From Octopus sinensis (Eukaryota), in assembly GCF_006345805.1 (NCBI RefSeq), contig NC_043001.1, positions 26,598,001 to 26,662,000 on the forward strand: a stretch of 64,000 nt of DNA. The letters run 5' to 3'. The translations under genes and the position numbers were made by a program. The notes under the pieces were generated by a model that did not search any database, was not told the origin of the DNA, and was given only the letters and a program-made list of their open reading frames with translations. Below are positions 10,774 to 24,544 of the stretch, piece after piece; position 1 is the first letter of the stretch; each line of letters opens with the position of its first letter.

Positions 10774-11244
10774 CTGAAAAATCACAACAATCAATCATTC
10801 AGTTATATTGCTATGCATAAAAATAACATGTCCTCCTAGGTAATATTGTACGGCTTTTGTAGCAATTGTTTTCATGGTGTCTTAAATAATAAAAATTCTT
10901 GTACATAATATAATTAAATGTAAATTACTAACAACATGGGTCTCAATTTTTCATGAACAATAAAATTAAAAACCCAATGACATATGTGGAACACAGTTGA
11001 CCTAATGACTACTGTCCACTCCAACCCACACAGCTGCTACAACTACATGTCAAATCACTCACAAATCTTCACCAGAATGACACCGCAATATAAAGTTGAT
11101 ATGAACAAACAAAAGTGAAATACACAGTAAAAGAAGCATTTGACAAGCTACATTCATATCCAAATTCTGTTGTGTAGCTAAGCATATTTCATTGAATTAA
11201 AAAAAAAAACTTGTTCAACAATGAAGAGCCTCTTAACTGTTTCT

Positions 11245-11841
11245 TATTTCTTTACTGCCCACAATGGGCTAAACGCAGAGGGGACAAACAAGGACAGACA
11301 AACGGATTAAGTCGATTATATCGACCCCAGTGTGTAATTGGTATGTATTTAATTGACCCCGAAAGAATGAAAGGCAAAGTTGACCTTGACGGAATTTGAA
11401 CTCAGAACGTAGCGGCAGACGAAATACCTATTTCTTTACTACGCACAAGGGGCTAAACGCAGAGGGGACGAACAAGGACAAACAAACGGATTAAGTTGAT
11501 TATATTGACCCCAGTGTGTAATTGGTACGTATTTAATTGACCCCGAAAGAATGAAAGGCAAAGTCGACCTCGGCGGAATTTGAACTCAGAACGTAGCAGC
11601 AGACGAAATACCTATTTCTTTACTACCCACAAGAGGCTAAACGCAGAGGGGACAAACAAGGACAAACAAACGGATTAAGTTGATTATATCGACCCCAGTG
11701 TGTAATTGGTACGTATTTAATTGACCCCGAAAGAATGAAAGGCAAAGTCAACCTTGATGGAATTTGAACTCAGAACGTAACGGCAGACAAAATACCACTA
11801 AGCATTTCGCCTGGCGTGCTAACGTTTCTGCCAGCTCACCT
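11245..11841 (-). mobile_element. SINE family C with a tandem trimer of its 184-bp body under one TSD
   Basis: Units start at 11245, 11429 and 11613. Single head at about 11797-11841. TSD cctcttaactgtttct at 11229-11244 and 11839-11854. Confidence 0.9.
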
Positions 11842-12134
11842 CTTAACTGTTTCTATACAGCTGTCAGTCATTCAGAAGCATGTTAGATAATAGTAATATT
11901 AAGTAAAATTTCTCAGTTGTCACTCTTTCATACCACATAATTAAACTTTGCACACTAGGATGTGTAGTATGTTTCCAAAATAGTCCGAAGTTTAGCATAT
12001 CCAGCTGCAAAGGGAAAAATGGATAGCCAAGTCAAGGAGTTACTGAATAAACAACCATGATTCCAATATCTTGTAGCCTTTGACCAGTGATATGATGTGG
12101 CCACAAATTACTTCATGTAGGTGTTGTAGTATGT

Positions 12135-12440
12135 GAAGGCGCATGGTTCAGTGGTAAGAGCACTGGGCTTACAGTCATGAGGTAGTGAGTTCAATTCCCG
12201 GACCAGGCCATGTGTTGTGTTCTTGAGCAAGACACTTTATTTTACGTTGCTTCAGTTCACTCAACTGTAGAAATGAACTGGGACGTCACTGGTGTCAAGC
12301 TGTATCGGCCCTTGTGTTTCCCTTGGATAACATTGGTGGTATGGAGAGGGGAGACTGGTATGCATGGATGACTGCTGGTCTTCCATAAACAACCTTTCCC
12401 AGGCTTGTGCCTTGGAGGGAAACTTCTAGGATCAATCTTT
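12135..12440 (+). mobile_element. CORE-type SINE (family B)
   Basis: gaaggcgcatggttcagtggtaagagc...gttcttgagcaagacactttattttacg...ttcactcaactgtagaaatg. Confidence 0.85.
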
Positions 12441-12859
12441 ACCCTTTAGGTGTTGTAATGTAATTCACCATGATAAAATTGAAATACTTTTTAATGACTA
12501 GTAGTGATAGATTTAATTACTCATGAGAAGAACTTACTGCAATAACCTGACACCCTTTCTAGGAAGAAATTGTCTCACATTGGTCTCGTAATAATAAAAA
12601 AAAAGATGTTATAAATATCACCCCAGTAAATAACAGAGATCAAACAAGCATATCAATTATGTTTTAAGACAATGAAGAATTCTCTATGTCAATTAATCTC
12701 AACTCTTCCTCTGTCGTTTACACCCTTGGCTTTATTGTATGATGAATTTTGATATTTTATCCCCTTACTCCCATGCAAAAATATTTAATTTCTGTATGTA
12801 AGAGTCTATGTCACAAAAAGCTATCTTTAAGATAGCCTGTTAGCACTATGTCTCCTACG

Positions 12860-14905
12860 AGCGTAATTGCATGGGAGACAAACAAACATATATGGAAAAG
12901 TAGAAGAGAGGTTTGTTAATGTTCTACAGCGTGAAGAGCAAATGTATGAAGTGTTCTGGTTTACAGAGCAGTGTATCAGAGAAATTGAGATGTGGGGGAG
13001 AAGTGTGTGCATGTGGCAGACTTGCATTTAGTGATTCTGAAAAGAAAGGGACACGGAAGTACTATTATGAGAGGTTACTGAATGTGGAGAATGAATGGGG
13101 GAAAGAGAATCTTGTGAATCTGGCTGAGGGTCTAGGTGTTCTTGTTGACAGCAATGTTATGAATAAAGCAATTAGGGATAAGAAGACTGGGAAAGCCCCT
13201 GACACATAAGGAATTGCTTCCAAGATGCTTAAAATATTGGGCGGAGAAGGATATGATTTAGTCACCTGTATAGTAAATCAGGTTGTACGGGAAGGTATCG
13301 TAGCTAACAAATGGTGTAACAATATTATAGCCAACTGCTACAAGGGTAATTAGAAGTATCAAGTTGCTAGACCAAATTATGAAAGTTACAAAGAGCTATA
13401 ACCCAGTTAATTATGGAGGGAGTTAGATTACATAAGATTCAGCTTAGTTTTGCTAGGAAGAAGAACCACTGATACTCTCCCTTGACTGTACTTGATTGTT
13501 GTTGACCTGGAGAAAGCCCTTAATAGGGTGTCTCATTCCCTCCCTCATCTAGTGGTCACTGCAGAAGCTAGGAGTTGATGAATGGTTAGTGAGAACCAAT
13601 CAAACCATATACAGGGATGCTGTCAGCAAAGTGAGAGTTAACTGAGTACAGCAATAAACTTAGTGCACAGGCTGTAGCTCATCAGGATTCAGTCATCAGT
13701 CTCCTCCTATTTATCATAGTCCTCCAAGCCATAACATAAGAATTTAAGACTGGCTGCCCATTGGAATTCCTCTATGCTGATGACTTGTTCTTATAATTGA
13801 AACTGCAGCAGAATAAGAAATGAAATTCCAAGTGTGGAAGCAAAATCTAGAATTAAAGTGTCTTAACCCTTTAGCATTTAAACCAGCCACATCCAGCCAA
13901 AATATTCTCCCCTGTTTTATGTTCAAATTGGCCAGATCTGGTCTCTCACACCAGCCCTACTATATAGTTCAAAAAATGAATAGTTACTTCATCAAAATCT
14001 CAAAGCTACAAGATAATGCAGGATTAATTAAAAACAATGTGAATAAATAAACACTGCATTTGATAGAATAATGCAAATACTAAAGGGTTAAAGGTAATTT
14101 AGCAAAGGCCAAAGTTCTAGATGGCAGGAAAACAGACGCGACACTAACCACTCTGGGTAAATGGCCCTGTTCTATACATTGAAAAGGAGTAGGTACAAAT
14201 TTCATATGATGTACTCAGTGTAAACTATGGTTACAAAAGAGACAGTAAAATCACAAGAAGTTTAACAGAGAAAGTAGAACTTGCCAGTAGCAGATGTGCA
14301 GGAATGATAAATAATAGGAGCATACAGAAAATAGATGTTCTGGAATGCCTGTTTCTTGAAGGTAGTGGAGGATGATGTGCTGAAAGCATAACTGATAGAA
14401 TAAGAATTGGCTAGAGAAAGTTCAGAGAACTATTATCTCTGTTAGTAACAGAAGACAGAAGGCCTCTCTCTCAGGTTGTATGCTGCATGTGTATGAACAG
14501 TATGCTAGATAATTGTGAAACTAGGGGCTGTGAATGCAGAGGATGTGCAAAGACTAGAAAGAAATAAAACTAGCATGCACCAAGGATGTGCAACATCAGT
14601 ATGCATGTATGACAAAGTATAAATGTGCTGAGAGAAAAATTGGGCATAAAAGGCATCAGATGTGGTATGCAGGTGAGAAGATTGCGTTTGTATGGTTATG
14701 TGATGTGTATAGATAAAAACAGTTGTATAAAGAAGTGCCAATCGCTAACAGTGGACAGAGCCTGTGGTAGAAGGCTCGGGAATATGTGGAGCAAAGTGGT
14801 GAAGACTGACCTCAAAATATTGAGCCACTCAGAAGAGATGACAAGGAACTGAGCTAAATGGCAATTTACTGTGTTTGAGAAAATCCATCCAGCTCAGCAA
14901 AATCG
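12860..14905 (+). mobile_element. Old degenerate RTE LINE (RT region), interrupted by a piggyBac MITE
   Basis: YYERLLNVENEW, KTGKAP, TGCPLEFLYADDL, PHD remnant WPCS..KGVG..CTQCKLW. Many stops and frameshifts. Confidence 0.85.
13863..14091. mobile_element. piggyBac-type MITE (family E)
   Basis: ttaaccctttagcattt...aatactaaagggttaa. Sibling at 24316-24544; fragments near 55285, 57437 and 63942. Confidence 0.85.
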
Positions 14906-15305
14906 AGGTTCTGTCAAGCTTTCTCCAACAATTCATTTTCTAACACCCATTCTGCCATCATTATTCTGTGGCACCCTATTTCTTCACTTCCCCTCCATTC
15001 AACTGTTATTCTTTGCATCCATCTCATTCCCTATCTCTAATCATCTGTCACACTTTTCTCACACAGAGCACCAACTGACACATCCACCTTTTTCTACTCC
15101 TCTGTCCTATTCTGTCTCTCATATCCACCTTGTACCTTAACCTTACATCTCTCTCTCTCATTTTCCAGATGGGCAAGGAATGTATTCACCACTTCAGCCT
15201 TACCCTGACCCTAGTTTCTTATCCTTCAATCCTATACCTCAATCAGTTAAAGGGTCTTGTCTTCCAACAAAATTCAAATTGAGAATAATAAAACTGAGCA
15301 CTAAC

Positions 15306-15463
15306 TTTCCAACATTCTGAACTTTGAGAAAAGTAAGACAAGTTTGTTGTGGATTCACTTTTAATCATTATGTTGGCTGTGTTGACTTTTGGCTTGAGTG
15401 TTTCATTTCTACAGGGAGAAACTTTTTCCAAAGACTCATCCTGAACAGCAAATATACATTGAC
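15306..15463 (-). CDS. HGSNAT: HGSNAT-like exon 2 (QCIFAVQDESLEKVSPCRNETLKPKVNTANIMIKSESTTNLSYFSQSSECWK)
   Basis: Acceptor ttcttttccag, donor AAA|gttagt, 158 nt, phase 1->0. Resembles [29 protein letters not shown]. Confidence 0.88.
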
Positions 15464-16419
15464 CTGGAAAAGAATTTAGGAAAAAATATATTAAAACTAG
15501 AATTAAGAAAACAAATAATTTGAAAATAGGTTATCAGATAGTTTTCATTATGTACTTATGGTATACTAAATTAGCAAATCGATTAATGGTTACAGAGGAA
15601 CTTAAATATTTGAACAAGATTTCTATAAAACATTTCTCATGCCCAGATATCTTATCTCCATCCGCCTTTCATTTCCTGCTAGGATACCCATGTTATCTCC
15701 TCTTTGACAATGTTAACTTTACACCAAATATACTGAGCGGAGAAATTTACTGACTAAAAATACTTATTTATTTTGATTATGCATAAATGGGAAGATTTTA
15801 TCAAGCTGAATTTACAGGACTTGAACTCAAAATTGAGAACAAATCCAAAAACACAAATATTTTGTCCGATGCCTCAACCATAGGCACAGCCTTTTTTTAA
15901 TGTGTACATTAAATACATAACTTGTTTTGGAATGAAAATGCCATCTGGTTCTCAATAAGCTTAATGAAATAAATTCTGAAACAAAAGCACAAAACATTTA
16001 AAACATGTGAAATCATTTACATAAACACCAAAGGTATCAATCAATATGAATAATTTAATCTAGGGAATGAGACATATGTAACATCATTTTACACTATAAT
16101 ATTAGTTTAGTTAGAGCAAAACTAATTTCCATTCAAAATCAAATTAGATACAATTAAGGAAAAAATATATACTAATGTCATCAATTTATTTCTCCAATGA
16201 ATTGACAACATCAATATTATCATAGTGTGATTTCCCTGGTAATGTTAAGAAACACTTGGACAGATGCAACAGTGTAGTCATGGTACAAGAAATGAAGAGT
16301 GATCAAGGCACTTGAATTTCAGTGATGCAAACGCTCTTATCACTTGTAACTGAAACTGGTCACTTACACTGAAGGTGGGTATGCATGCAAAAGTTATCTA
16401 TAGCCGGTGAGGAATTTTA

Positions 16420-16773
16420 TTTGTTATTCAAGCATGATTTTTACCTGCATTGCCTTACTGGCACTTGTGCTGGTGACACGTGAAAAAAACATTTGAGTGA
16501 AGTCATTGCCAGTGCCGCTGGACTGGCTCCTGTGCAAGTAGCACATAAAAAGCACCATTTGAGCATGGCTGTTGCCAGTACCACCTGACTGGCCCTCGTG
16601 CCGGTGGCACGTAAAAGCACCCACTACACTCTCGGAGTGGTTGGCGTTAGGAAGGGCATCCAGCTGTAGAAACTCTGCCAGATCAGATTGGAGTCATCTG
16701 GTTCACCAGACCTCAGTCAAATCGTCTAACCCATGCTAGCATGGAAAGTGGACGTTAAATGATGATGATGATG
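16420..16773 (+). mobile_element. RTE LINE 3'UTR and tail (3 UTR units)
   Basis: Same terminal motif and (GAT)n tail as the 4060 copy. Confidence 0.85.
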
Positions 16774-16869
16774 AACATAGTTTAATGGCCAATAGCCTTA
16801 AGTTGAGGGTGAGAAAGAAGACTCAGAAGACAAAAAGACATGTATGAGAAGGAATGTATGGAAGAACTA

Positions 16870-17340
16870 TGTACTAAATAACCTTTGTTATGCTGATGAC
16901 ATTGTGCTGGTCACTACTAGAGACTGATTGACAAAGTTGGTCTAGTCTAGTCTCTAGCAATTTTCAACAGGAGGTCAGCAATAGAAAGACCACGATCATA
17001 GCAACCGCTAGGAAACCAGAGCAGCTTATATGATGTCAGGAAGGAGCAGGGCCACACTATCCCATGTTGACAATTTCAAGTACTGGGGTGCCACCCATGA
17101 CCAAACAGAGTACTGCAGCCAGGAAGTCAGAGCACGACTCAGTGCAGAAAAATCATTTCTGAGGTCACAAATTCAATACGGAGAGATTTTACTCATTAAA
17201 GGATAATTATGAAAACTCTAGTCTGGTCAGTAGCATTGTATGTGTGTGAAGCAGGGCTTCTTAAGGTAGCTAACAGCAAAAGGTCGAGGCATTTGGAGAC
17301 ACCATGCTACAGGTGAGTGCTGTGGTTAGTTGGGCAGCTC
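16870..17340 (+). mobile_element. Very old non-LTR RT fragment
   Basis: aacctttgttatgctgatgacattgtg reads NLCYADDIV; downstream VDNFKY-like remnant. Confidence 0.55.
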
Positions 17341-18440
17341 CAATGATTCAGTGATTCAGTTTTGGATTAGATGGGAGCAGACTGAAATCTGGTAACAAAG
17401 GTCAGTCAACAAAAACTAATATTTTAGCCAAGTTAACTGGGCCCAGAATGTCTGTACTCATGTACTCAAGTGCTGGATGGATGGAAAATGGATTCATAAG
17501 CAACAAAGTTGGTGTGATGATATCAAGGATTGGACAGAGATGATCTTGGCAGAGTACAGCTTCAGAACCAAACTGCAATGTGTACAGTTGTGTCTGAATC
17601 TCCAGACCCTCAGCCACTAAGATGTAAATATTCCTTCATTTAGAAGTAGAGAACTTGAACACAGTAAATAGCTAGGCATTCCAAAAGGACAATTGGTCAG
17701 AATTTCTGAGGTTGCAGTAGGGTCCCATTAGACGACGTGAAAAATGATGTGGAATATTACAGCTTAATCTGCCATAAGATCTAAGTGATAGGTCTATATA
17801 AAAAAAGAAAGCTAAGACCAATATCAGATATAGAAGTTCAGTAAAAATGAGAGAGAAATAAAGTGAACATGTTCTATTGGATTTGATGTTAGTTAGCATG
17901 GCAGAGTACAAGTGATCAAAGAGAGTAGCTTAATACAAAAACCATTACCCCAAGTGTGTAGAAGTGACTATACAAGGGTTTGTGATGAGATAAATTGATA
18001 AATCAAACAATAAAAAATCAAAAATTAAAGCCTGGAAGAGAAAAATCAAAGAAGATTTTGTTTGTGAGATCTTGGATAAATGGGTCTTACAAAAGACCAA
18101 GATGTGCTTGAGGCATTTTACAGATCTGTACAATATATACCAGCATGGAAAAAACATACATACATGACGATGATAATGAATATTTACAGATGATATTAAG
18201 ATATTTGTATCTATGTAGTGTGCTGCATCGAGATTAGCCTAGTATATATTCTTAATTTAAATTTTACAAATAACTTATATTTTATTATTTTCAGTGATAT
18301 TTTTGTAGATGGTGAGATAATATATATTTTCAAGCTTCTGTGATCACATTCCACTCTTGCAATACCCAAATTTGTAAAAACCTTTACTAATAACAATCAC
18401 CGAGGTATTTCATTGCAAAGCACTCCTGCTGAATATCGCT

Positions 18441-18662
18441 TTAACCCTTTCGTTACCAACCCGGCTAAAACCGGCTCTGAGTACAAATGTCTTGCTTTCA
18501 TAAGTTTTGAATTAATATCTTCCACCAAAAGTTAGTCACAATTTATGTTTCTAACACTAGCTGAATGATAACTAAGTTATTTTACTAAATTCTTTGTTAT
18601 ATTTAAAGTAATTGAAAGAAACACAGAGAATCTCAAAATAAATACAGTAATGAAAGGGTTAA
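18441..18662. mobile_element. piggyBac-type MITE (family F)
   Basis: TTAACCCTTT...AAAGGGTTAA; inverted relative to the 9094 copy. Confidence 0.9.
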
Positions 18663-18961
18663 GTTTCTTGAAGAATTTTAAAATCAAATTACTTCAAATA
18701 CAATGATGACAAAACTATCCAAATAACAATGAGATGAAAGGAAAAAAATAAACAAACAAAAACAAAAAACACAAACAAACAAACAAAAACAACATTTTTC
18801 TCAAGTTTGTTTTTATATTTATCATCTTTCAGAAGGCACAAAACTTAAACTCCTTGTCTGACTGGATATTTAACACACTACTGTCAGTTTTCAATAGAAA
18901 AAAATGATATAAGAATGTAAGAGACAGAACAAAAGGGTTTGTTATGTGATTTCTTTCTAAA

Positions 18962-19242
18962 AGGTGGCGAGCTGGCAGAATTGTTAGCACACCGGGCAAA
19001 ATGCTTTGAGGCATTTTGTAAGTCTTTACGTTCTGATTTCAAATTTCGCCAAGGTTGACTTTGCCTTTCATAGGCGCAGGAGTGGCTGTGTGATAAGTAG
19101 CTTGCTTACCAACCACATGGTTCCAAGTTCATTCCCACTCAGAGGCACCTTGGGCAAGTGTCTTCTACTATAGCTTTGAGCCGACCAAAGCCTTGTGAGT
19201 GGATTTGGTAGACGGAAACTGAAAGAAGCCCATCGTATATAT

Positions 19243-19286
<44 letters not shown>

Positions 19287-19650
19287 AGATATAATGCCTT
19301 TACTGATATGTAATGGTGTAATAAAGTATTGATTGGGTATCATCTGATAGTTGATGTTTTATTGATTTAAGTATGTTTCTCCATTTTCTAATTTTGTAAT
19401 ATATATATATATAATATATATATATATGTATGTGTGTATATGTTTGTGTGTGTATATGTTTGTCACCCAACATCACTTGACAACCGATGGTGGTGTGTTT
19501 ACATCCCCGTAACTTAGCAGTTCGGCAAAAGAGACCGATAGAATAAGCACTAGGCTTCCAAAGAATAAGTCCTGGGGTTGATTTGCTCGACTAAAGGTGG
19601 TGCTCTAGCATGGCTGCAGTCAAATGACTGAAACAAGTAAAAGAGAAAAG
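18962..19650 (+). mobile_element. SINE C head directly followed by an interrupted SINE A
   Basis: aggtggcgagctggcagaa...gactttgcctttcat|aggcgcaggagtggctg; SINE A 3' half resumes at about 19440. Confidence 0.75.
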
Positions 19651-20684
19651 AGATAAAAGAGAAAAGATACCTAAAGCATAAATACACCAAACAAATGTAA
19701 ACATACAAAAATTAACTAATCTTAATTAGTTGTATTAATTTTATTAATGAAGGCATATCATATTCTAAGGAAGTAGATTCAACTTATAGAACTGATAAAA
19801 ATGGAGGAGGAGAAAGTTTACAATTATAGTAAATTAGCTTCCCGGTAACTGCTAGGTTCAGGCATGACTATGTGGTAGGTAGTCTGGGTTCAGTCCCACT
19901 GCGTGGCACCTTGGGCAGGTGTCTTCTGCTATACCCCAAGCCTGACCACAGCTTTGTGAGTGGATTTGGTAGATGGAAACTGAAAGAAGCCCATCATGTA
20001 TATCTGTGGTACTCTTTCCTTGTCTAGGCTAGACACTGTATGATGGTTGTAAATGATTGTCTTTCTTTTCCAATCTTCCATGGAAACATGCCTGGTTGTG
20101 GGGAAACATTATCTTATGTAACATGTGAGGGTTGGTGACAGTATGGGCATCTGACTGTAGAAAATCTGTCAGACCCATGAAAGCAAGAAAAAGTGGATGT
20201 TAGAATAATGATGATAGTCATTTCAAACCCATTGGGAACAAATTTTATAAAAACTCAGATGACATTATATTCTAAATATGTGAACAGATGAGATACAGAA
20301 CAAATAAATTTAGAAACTTTGCCATAAAAAAAAAAAAAGGAAATTACAAAACTTTTAATTGAAGACAAAAATTTATATAATAAAATTATAGAAATGGAAG
20401 AATATGTTAATGGCCGCTGGGAGCAGCAAAGACAAAAGGATAAAAGTAAATTTTAAACAGATGGACAGAATACACTGGGAATTGCTTTAGAATTGAGGCT
20501 ACACAAACTGTGCCCTTAGAATACAAATAACCTTCAATGTATTATAATAGCTGAACCAGGAATAAAAGAAAATAGCAAACTTAATGAAAGAAATATAATG
20601 AACTCACAAACATAGAATGAAATATGAAATAGCAAAAGTGATAAAATATTTCATTAAGAATATTGGTTTCAAATTTTTGGCACA

Positions 20685-21285
20685 TCATCATCATCGTTTA
20701 ACGTCCGCTTTCCATGCTAGCATGGGTTGGATGATTTGACTGAGGACTGGCGAACCAGATGGCTGCATCAGGCTCCAATCTGATCTGGCAGAGTTTCTAC
20801 AGCTGAATGCCCTTCCTAACGCCAGCCATTCCGAGAGTGTAGTGGGTGCTTTTAAAATGCCACTGGCACGAGGGCCAGTCTGGCGGTACTAGCAACGGCC
20901 ACACTCGAAAATGGTGCTTTTTATGTGCCACCTGCACAGGAATAAGTCCAGCAGAACTGGCAACGACCCTGCTCTAATGTTTTGTTCAAGTGCCAGTAAG
21001 GCAACGCTCACAACGATTATGCTCAAATGGTTCTCTTTACATGCCAGATAGCTGCTCTGGCAGTGATCCTGCTTGGATGGAGCTGTTAGCGCTCCACTGG
21101 CATGGGTGCCAGTTGACGAATATGGTTCAATTTCGATTTCACTTGCCCCAACAGGTCTTCGCAAGCAGAGTTTAGTGTCCAATGAAGGGAGGTTGGCATG
21201 GATGCCAGTCGACGAATTTGGTTCGATTTCGATTTCACTTGCCTCAACAGGTCTTCACAAGCAGAGTTTAGTGTCCAGCAATTTC
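20685..21285 (-). mobile_element. RTE LINE 3'UTR and tail
   Basis: catcatcatcatcgtttaacgtccgc tail, about 4 UTR units, duplicated gatttcacttgcc...cagagtttagtgtcc block. Confidence 0.85.
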
Positions 21286-21574
21286 GAGGGAGGGGATAAG
21301 TCGATTAAATCAACCCCAGTTTTTAACTGGTACTTAATTCATCAATCCTGAAATGGTGAAAGGCAAAGATGACCTCAGTAGAATTTAAACTCAGAATGTA
21401 AAAGATGGATGAAATGCTGCTAAGTACTTTTCCCAATGTACCAATGTTTCTGCCAGCTTGCTACCTTTTCATTATTAAGAATATTACCAAACTATTTAAC
21501 ATTTATAAAATGAAACACGGACAATATAATAATGACGAAATCTCTATATTTTTTACACTTCAACAAAAACTTAA

Positions 21575-23655
21575 GCAATGGAATACTCTCAGACTTTAGA
21601 AACATCATTCTTTGCCCATGCATCTTTTACCGTCTTCATACAACCCATACTGAAACAGGCCAAAGTTTTGAACAAACAAGAGAAGCTATACTCTACTTAA
21701 CCCTGAAACATATTTTTTATGTTCATATTTTCCATACTAGCACTTGAGTTGAATGTATTATTGAGGCATTGTTTTTTGTAACAAGGTACCCTTCATATCA
21801 CTAACTATTATGTTTTTTTCAAGGAATCTCTTATTTCACACATTATTGACTACACAAAGACAGTGGACAATTTGTTGACAAAGAAATGACATCATCACTC
21901 TTGTAGCCCACAATATTCAGGGAAGTACAAATATAAACAAATACATGAACACACACTCCCACAGGCTCCTTTCAACTAAATCCATTCACAAGGCTTTAGG
22001 TGGCCCAGTGCTGTAGTAGAAGACACTTGCCCAAGGTGCTTTGCAGTGGGACTAAACCTGAAACTATGCAGTGGTTTCTAGTTCAGACCTTTGATTAAGT
22101 GCAATACACCTAACTGATAGGAATGCTTAGATAAGATCAAGAAATGCACACCTAGAAACAAAAGGAAGACAGAATTCAATAAGAAACTCCTCCGTATACA
22201 GATATCAAAAGGAGATTGATAAAAAACTACATACTCAAAGATCATTAATACATTCTCTTAATTTATATTTAGAAAGGTGTTGTTGCTGAATCCCAGATTA
22301 GCTGTCGTTGAGCTAAGCTATGATCAAATGCACTCTAGTTATAACCATTACATACTTTTTAAAGATAGTGGTAACCCCCTTCGGTCAGACACTGACCACA
22401 GGTTTGCACCTAGAGAGTTACCCTCTGAGGCACAAGTCTGGGCAAGGTTGTTTTATGGAAGACCAGCAGTCGCCCATGCATACCGGCCTCCCCTCTCCAC
22501 GTCACCGATGTTGTCCAAGGGAAAGGTAAGGGTCGATACAGCTTGGCACCTGTGACGCTGCAACTCATTTCTACAGCTGAGTGAACTGGAGCATCGTGAA
22601 ATAAAGTGTCTTGCTCAAGAACACAACACGCAGCCCGGTCCGGGATTCGAGCTCACAACCTCACGATCGTAAGCCCGACGCTCTAACCACTGAGCCATGC
22701 GCCTTCACTTTTTTAAAGATAGTAAGGTATCTTTTTAACAGATCTGTCAACCACATAAGTTTCTACAAGTAATATTGGCTGATAAGCTAATACTGCTATA
22801 CTGATGAAACTTTCATGCAGTTTTTCACACATTAACACATAAAGCGCGATGGGCCACGATCGTGGCTGTCAGGCACAGGTTGACAGGCCATGACTGTGGC
22901 CCACATAGATGCATTTAATTTATGGGCGTTTGTTGGGGTCTAATGTCACTCAAACGCTCCAATGCCCACCAGAATGCAAAAGGACTAATAGTTCAACTAA
23001 TAACTTTTCAGATGATGTAAAACTTGCCACCATTATATACTAAGAAGATATTTTAACTATTTTTTGTTTTTTATACATGCATGGTAGTCTCATTTTCATA
23101 AAATGTGCTCAGCAGTCCATGCTATGTAAGTGCAAATCCTAGCGTGTTATGGGTTAAATGTTAAGAGCAAAGACTTTTGACTCACCATAAATAGGACTGA
23201 AACTAAATTAAAGTTGAATTAAATTTATTCTACCAGCTCACTGCTGGCAGAATCATTAGTCTGTCAGACAACATTCTTAGTGTATTTGTTTATATTTGTA
23301 CTTCCCTGAATATTGTGGGCTACAAAGAGTGATGATGTCATTTCTTCGTCAACAAAATTGTCCACTGTCTTTGTGTATTCAATAATGTGTGAAATAAGAG
23401 ATTCTTTAAAAAACATGTAAGAGTGATATGAAGAGTACCTTGCTATAAAACAATGCCTCAATAATACATTCAACTTACCTGTGCTAGTATGGAAAATATG
23501 AACATAAAAAATGTGTTTCAAGGTTATGGTAGTAGAGTATAGCTTCTTGTTTGTTCAAAACTTTGACCTGTTTCAGTATGGGTTGTATGAAGACAGTTAA
23601 TGATGCATGAGCAAAGAATGATGTTTCTAAAGTCTGAGAGTATTCTATTACTGGA
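21575..23655. repeat. Inverted duplication of ~370 bp (arms about 21575-21947 and 23280-23655)
   Basis: For example gaatactctcagactttagaaacatcattctttgc at about 21581 is the reverse complement of 23610-23642. High identity by eye. Confidence 0.9.
22371..22707 (-). mobile_element. Young CORE-type SINE (family B) with ~16-bp TSD
   Basis: TSD actttt(t)aaagatagt at about 22354 and 22708; intact tRNA-like head and CORE-like domain. Confidence 0.9.
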
Positions 23656-24315
23656 ATAACTGAAAGAAATCTTCCAGTTATTTATCTTCTGAGCTTGAAC
23701 CCCCCCCCCCCAAGATCAACTATGCCTTTCAGGGTCAATAAAATAAAGTACCAAGTCAAGTACTAGGGTCAATGTAATCAACTCACCCACTCCTCACAAA
23801 ATTGCTGGACTCCTGCCAAAATTAGAAACAATTGAGTGAATATTAAACAGTGACTACAAGTTTACTTATTTAGTTTGTATGACCCCCATGTGTTTTGATT
23901 TGACTGACTTTATCAGATCACATTCTGCAATCTGATATAGTTGTATAATAGTTATAGCAGTACAGTTTACATAATGTTGAGATTATTTTTGTTCAGATCA
24001 TTTTCGTTAAACACTCCATGATGATGTAAGAGTAAAACCAGCTACTAGCCAAATAAACTGAGACCATCAAAAGAACCCCAACATGGTCGTTTAATCAGTT
24101 AGAAATAGAAGCCAATTCTCCTGCAAAGTTAACTCTACTGACTTGAAAATGAAATGAATAATACAGAAGATGTAATGGTCATGTCTGGAACACCACTTAT
24201 AGGACTCCTTAATCAGAGCTGACTTAGAGTTAAACAACCAACAGAAGTCTTTAGAGTTGCATGTTTTAAGTTATATATTTTGCCTAGAAGCACAAAACAG
24301 AGACACTAATAAGGT

Positions 24316-24544
24316 TTAACCCTTTAGCATTTAAACCGGCCATATCCGGCCAAAAATATTCTACCCGTTTTATGTTCAAATTAGCCATATCTGGTCTCTC
24401 ACACCAACCCTACAATATTGTTTAAAAAATTAACAGCTTCCTCATCAAAATCTCATAGCTACAAGATAATGCATGATTAATTCAAAACAATGTAGATGAA
24501 GAAGCATTAATTTTGGCAGAATAATGCGAACACTAAAGATTTAA
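24316..24544. mobile_element. piggyBac-type MITE (family E)
   Basis: Left TIR ttaaccctttagcattt intact, right TIR degenerate. Confidence 0.8.

Noticed and set aside
22640-22707. tRNA-like cloverleaf heads (also 1727, 12135, 44437)
   Set aside because: These are SINE heads continuous with SINE bodies and TSDs, not tRNA genes.
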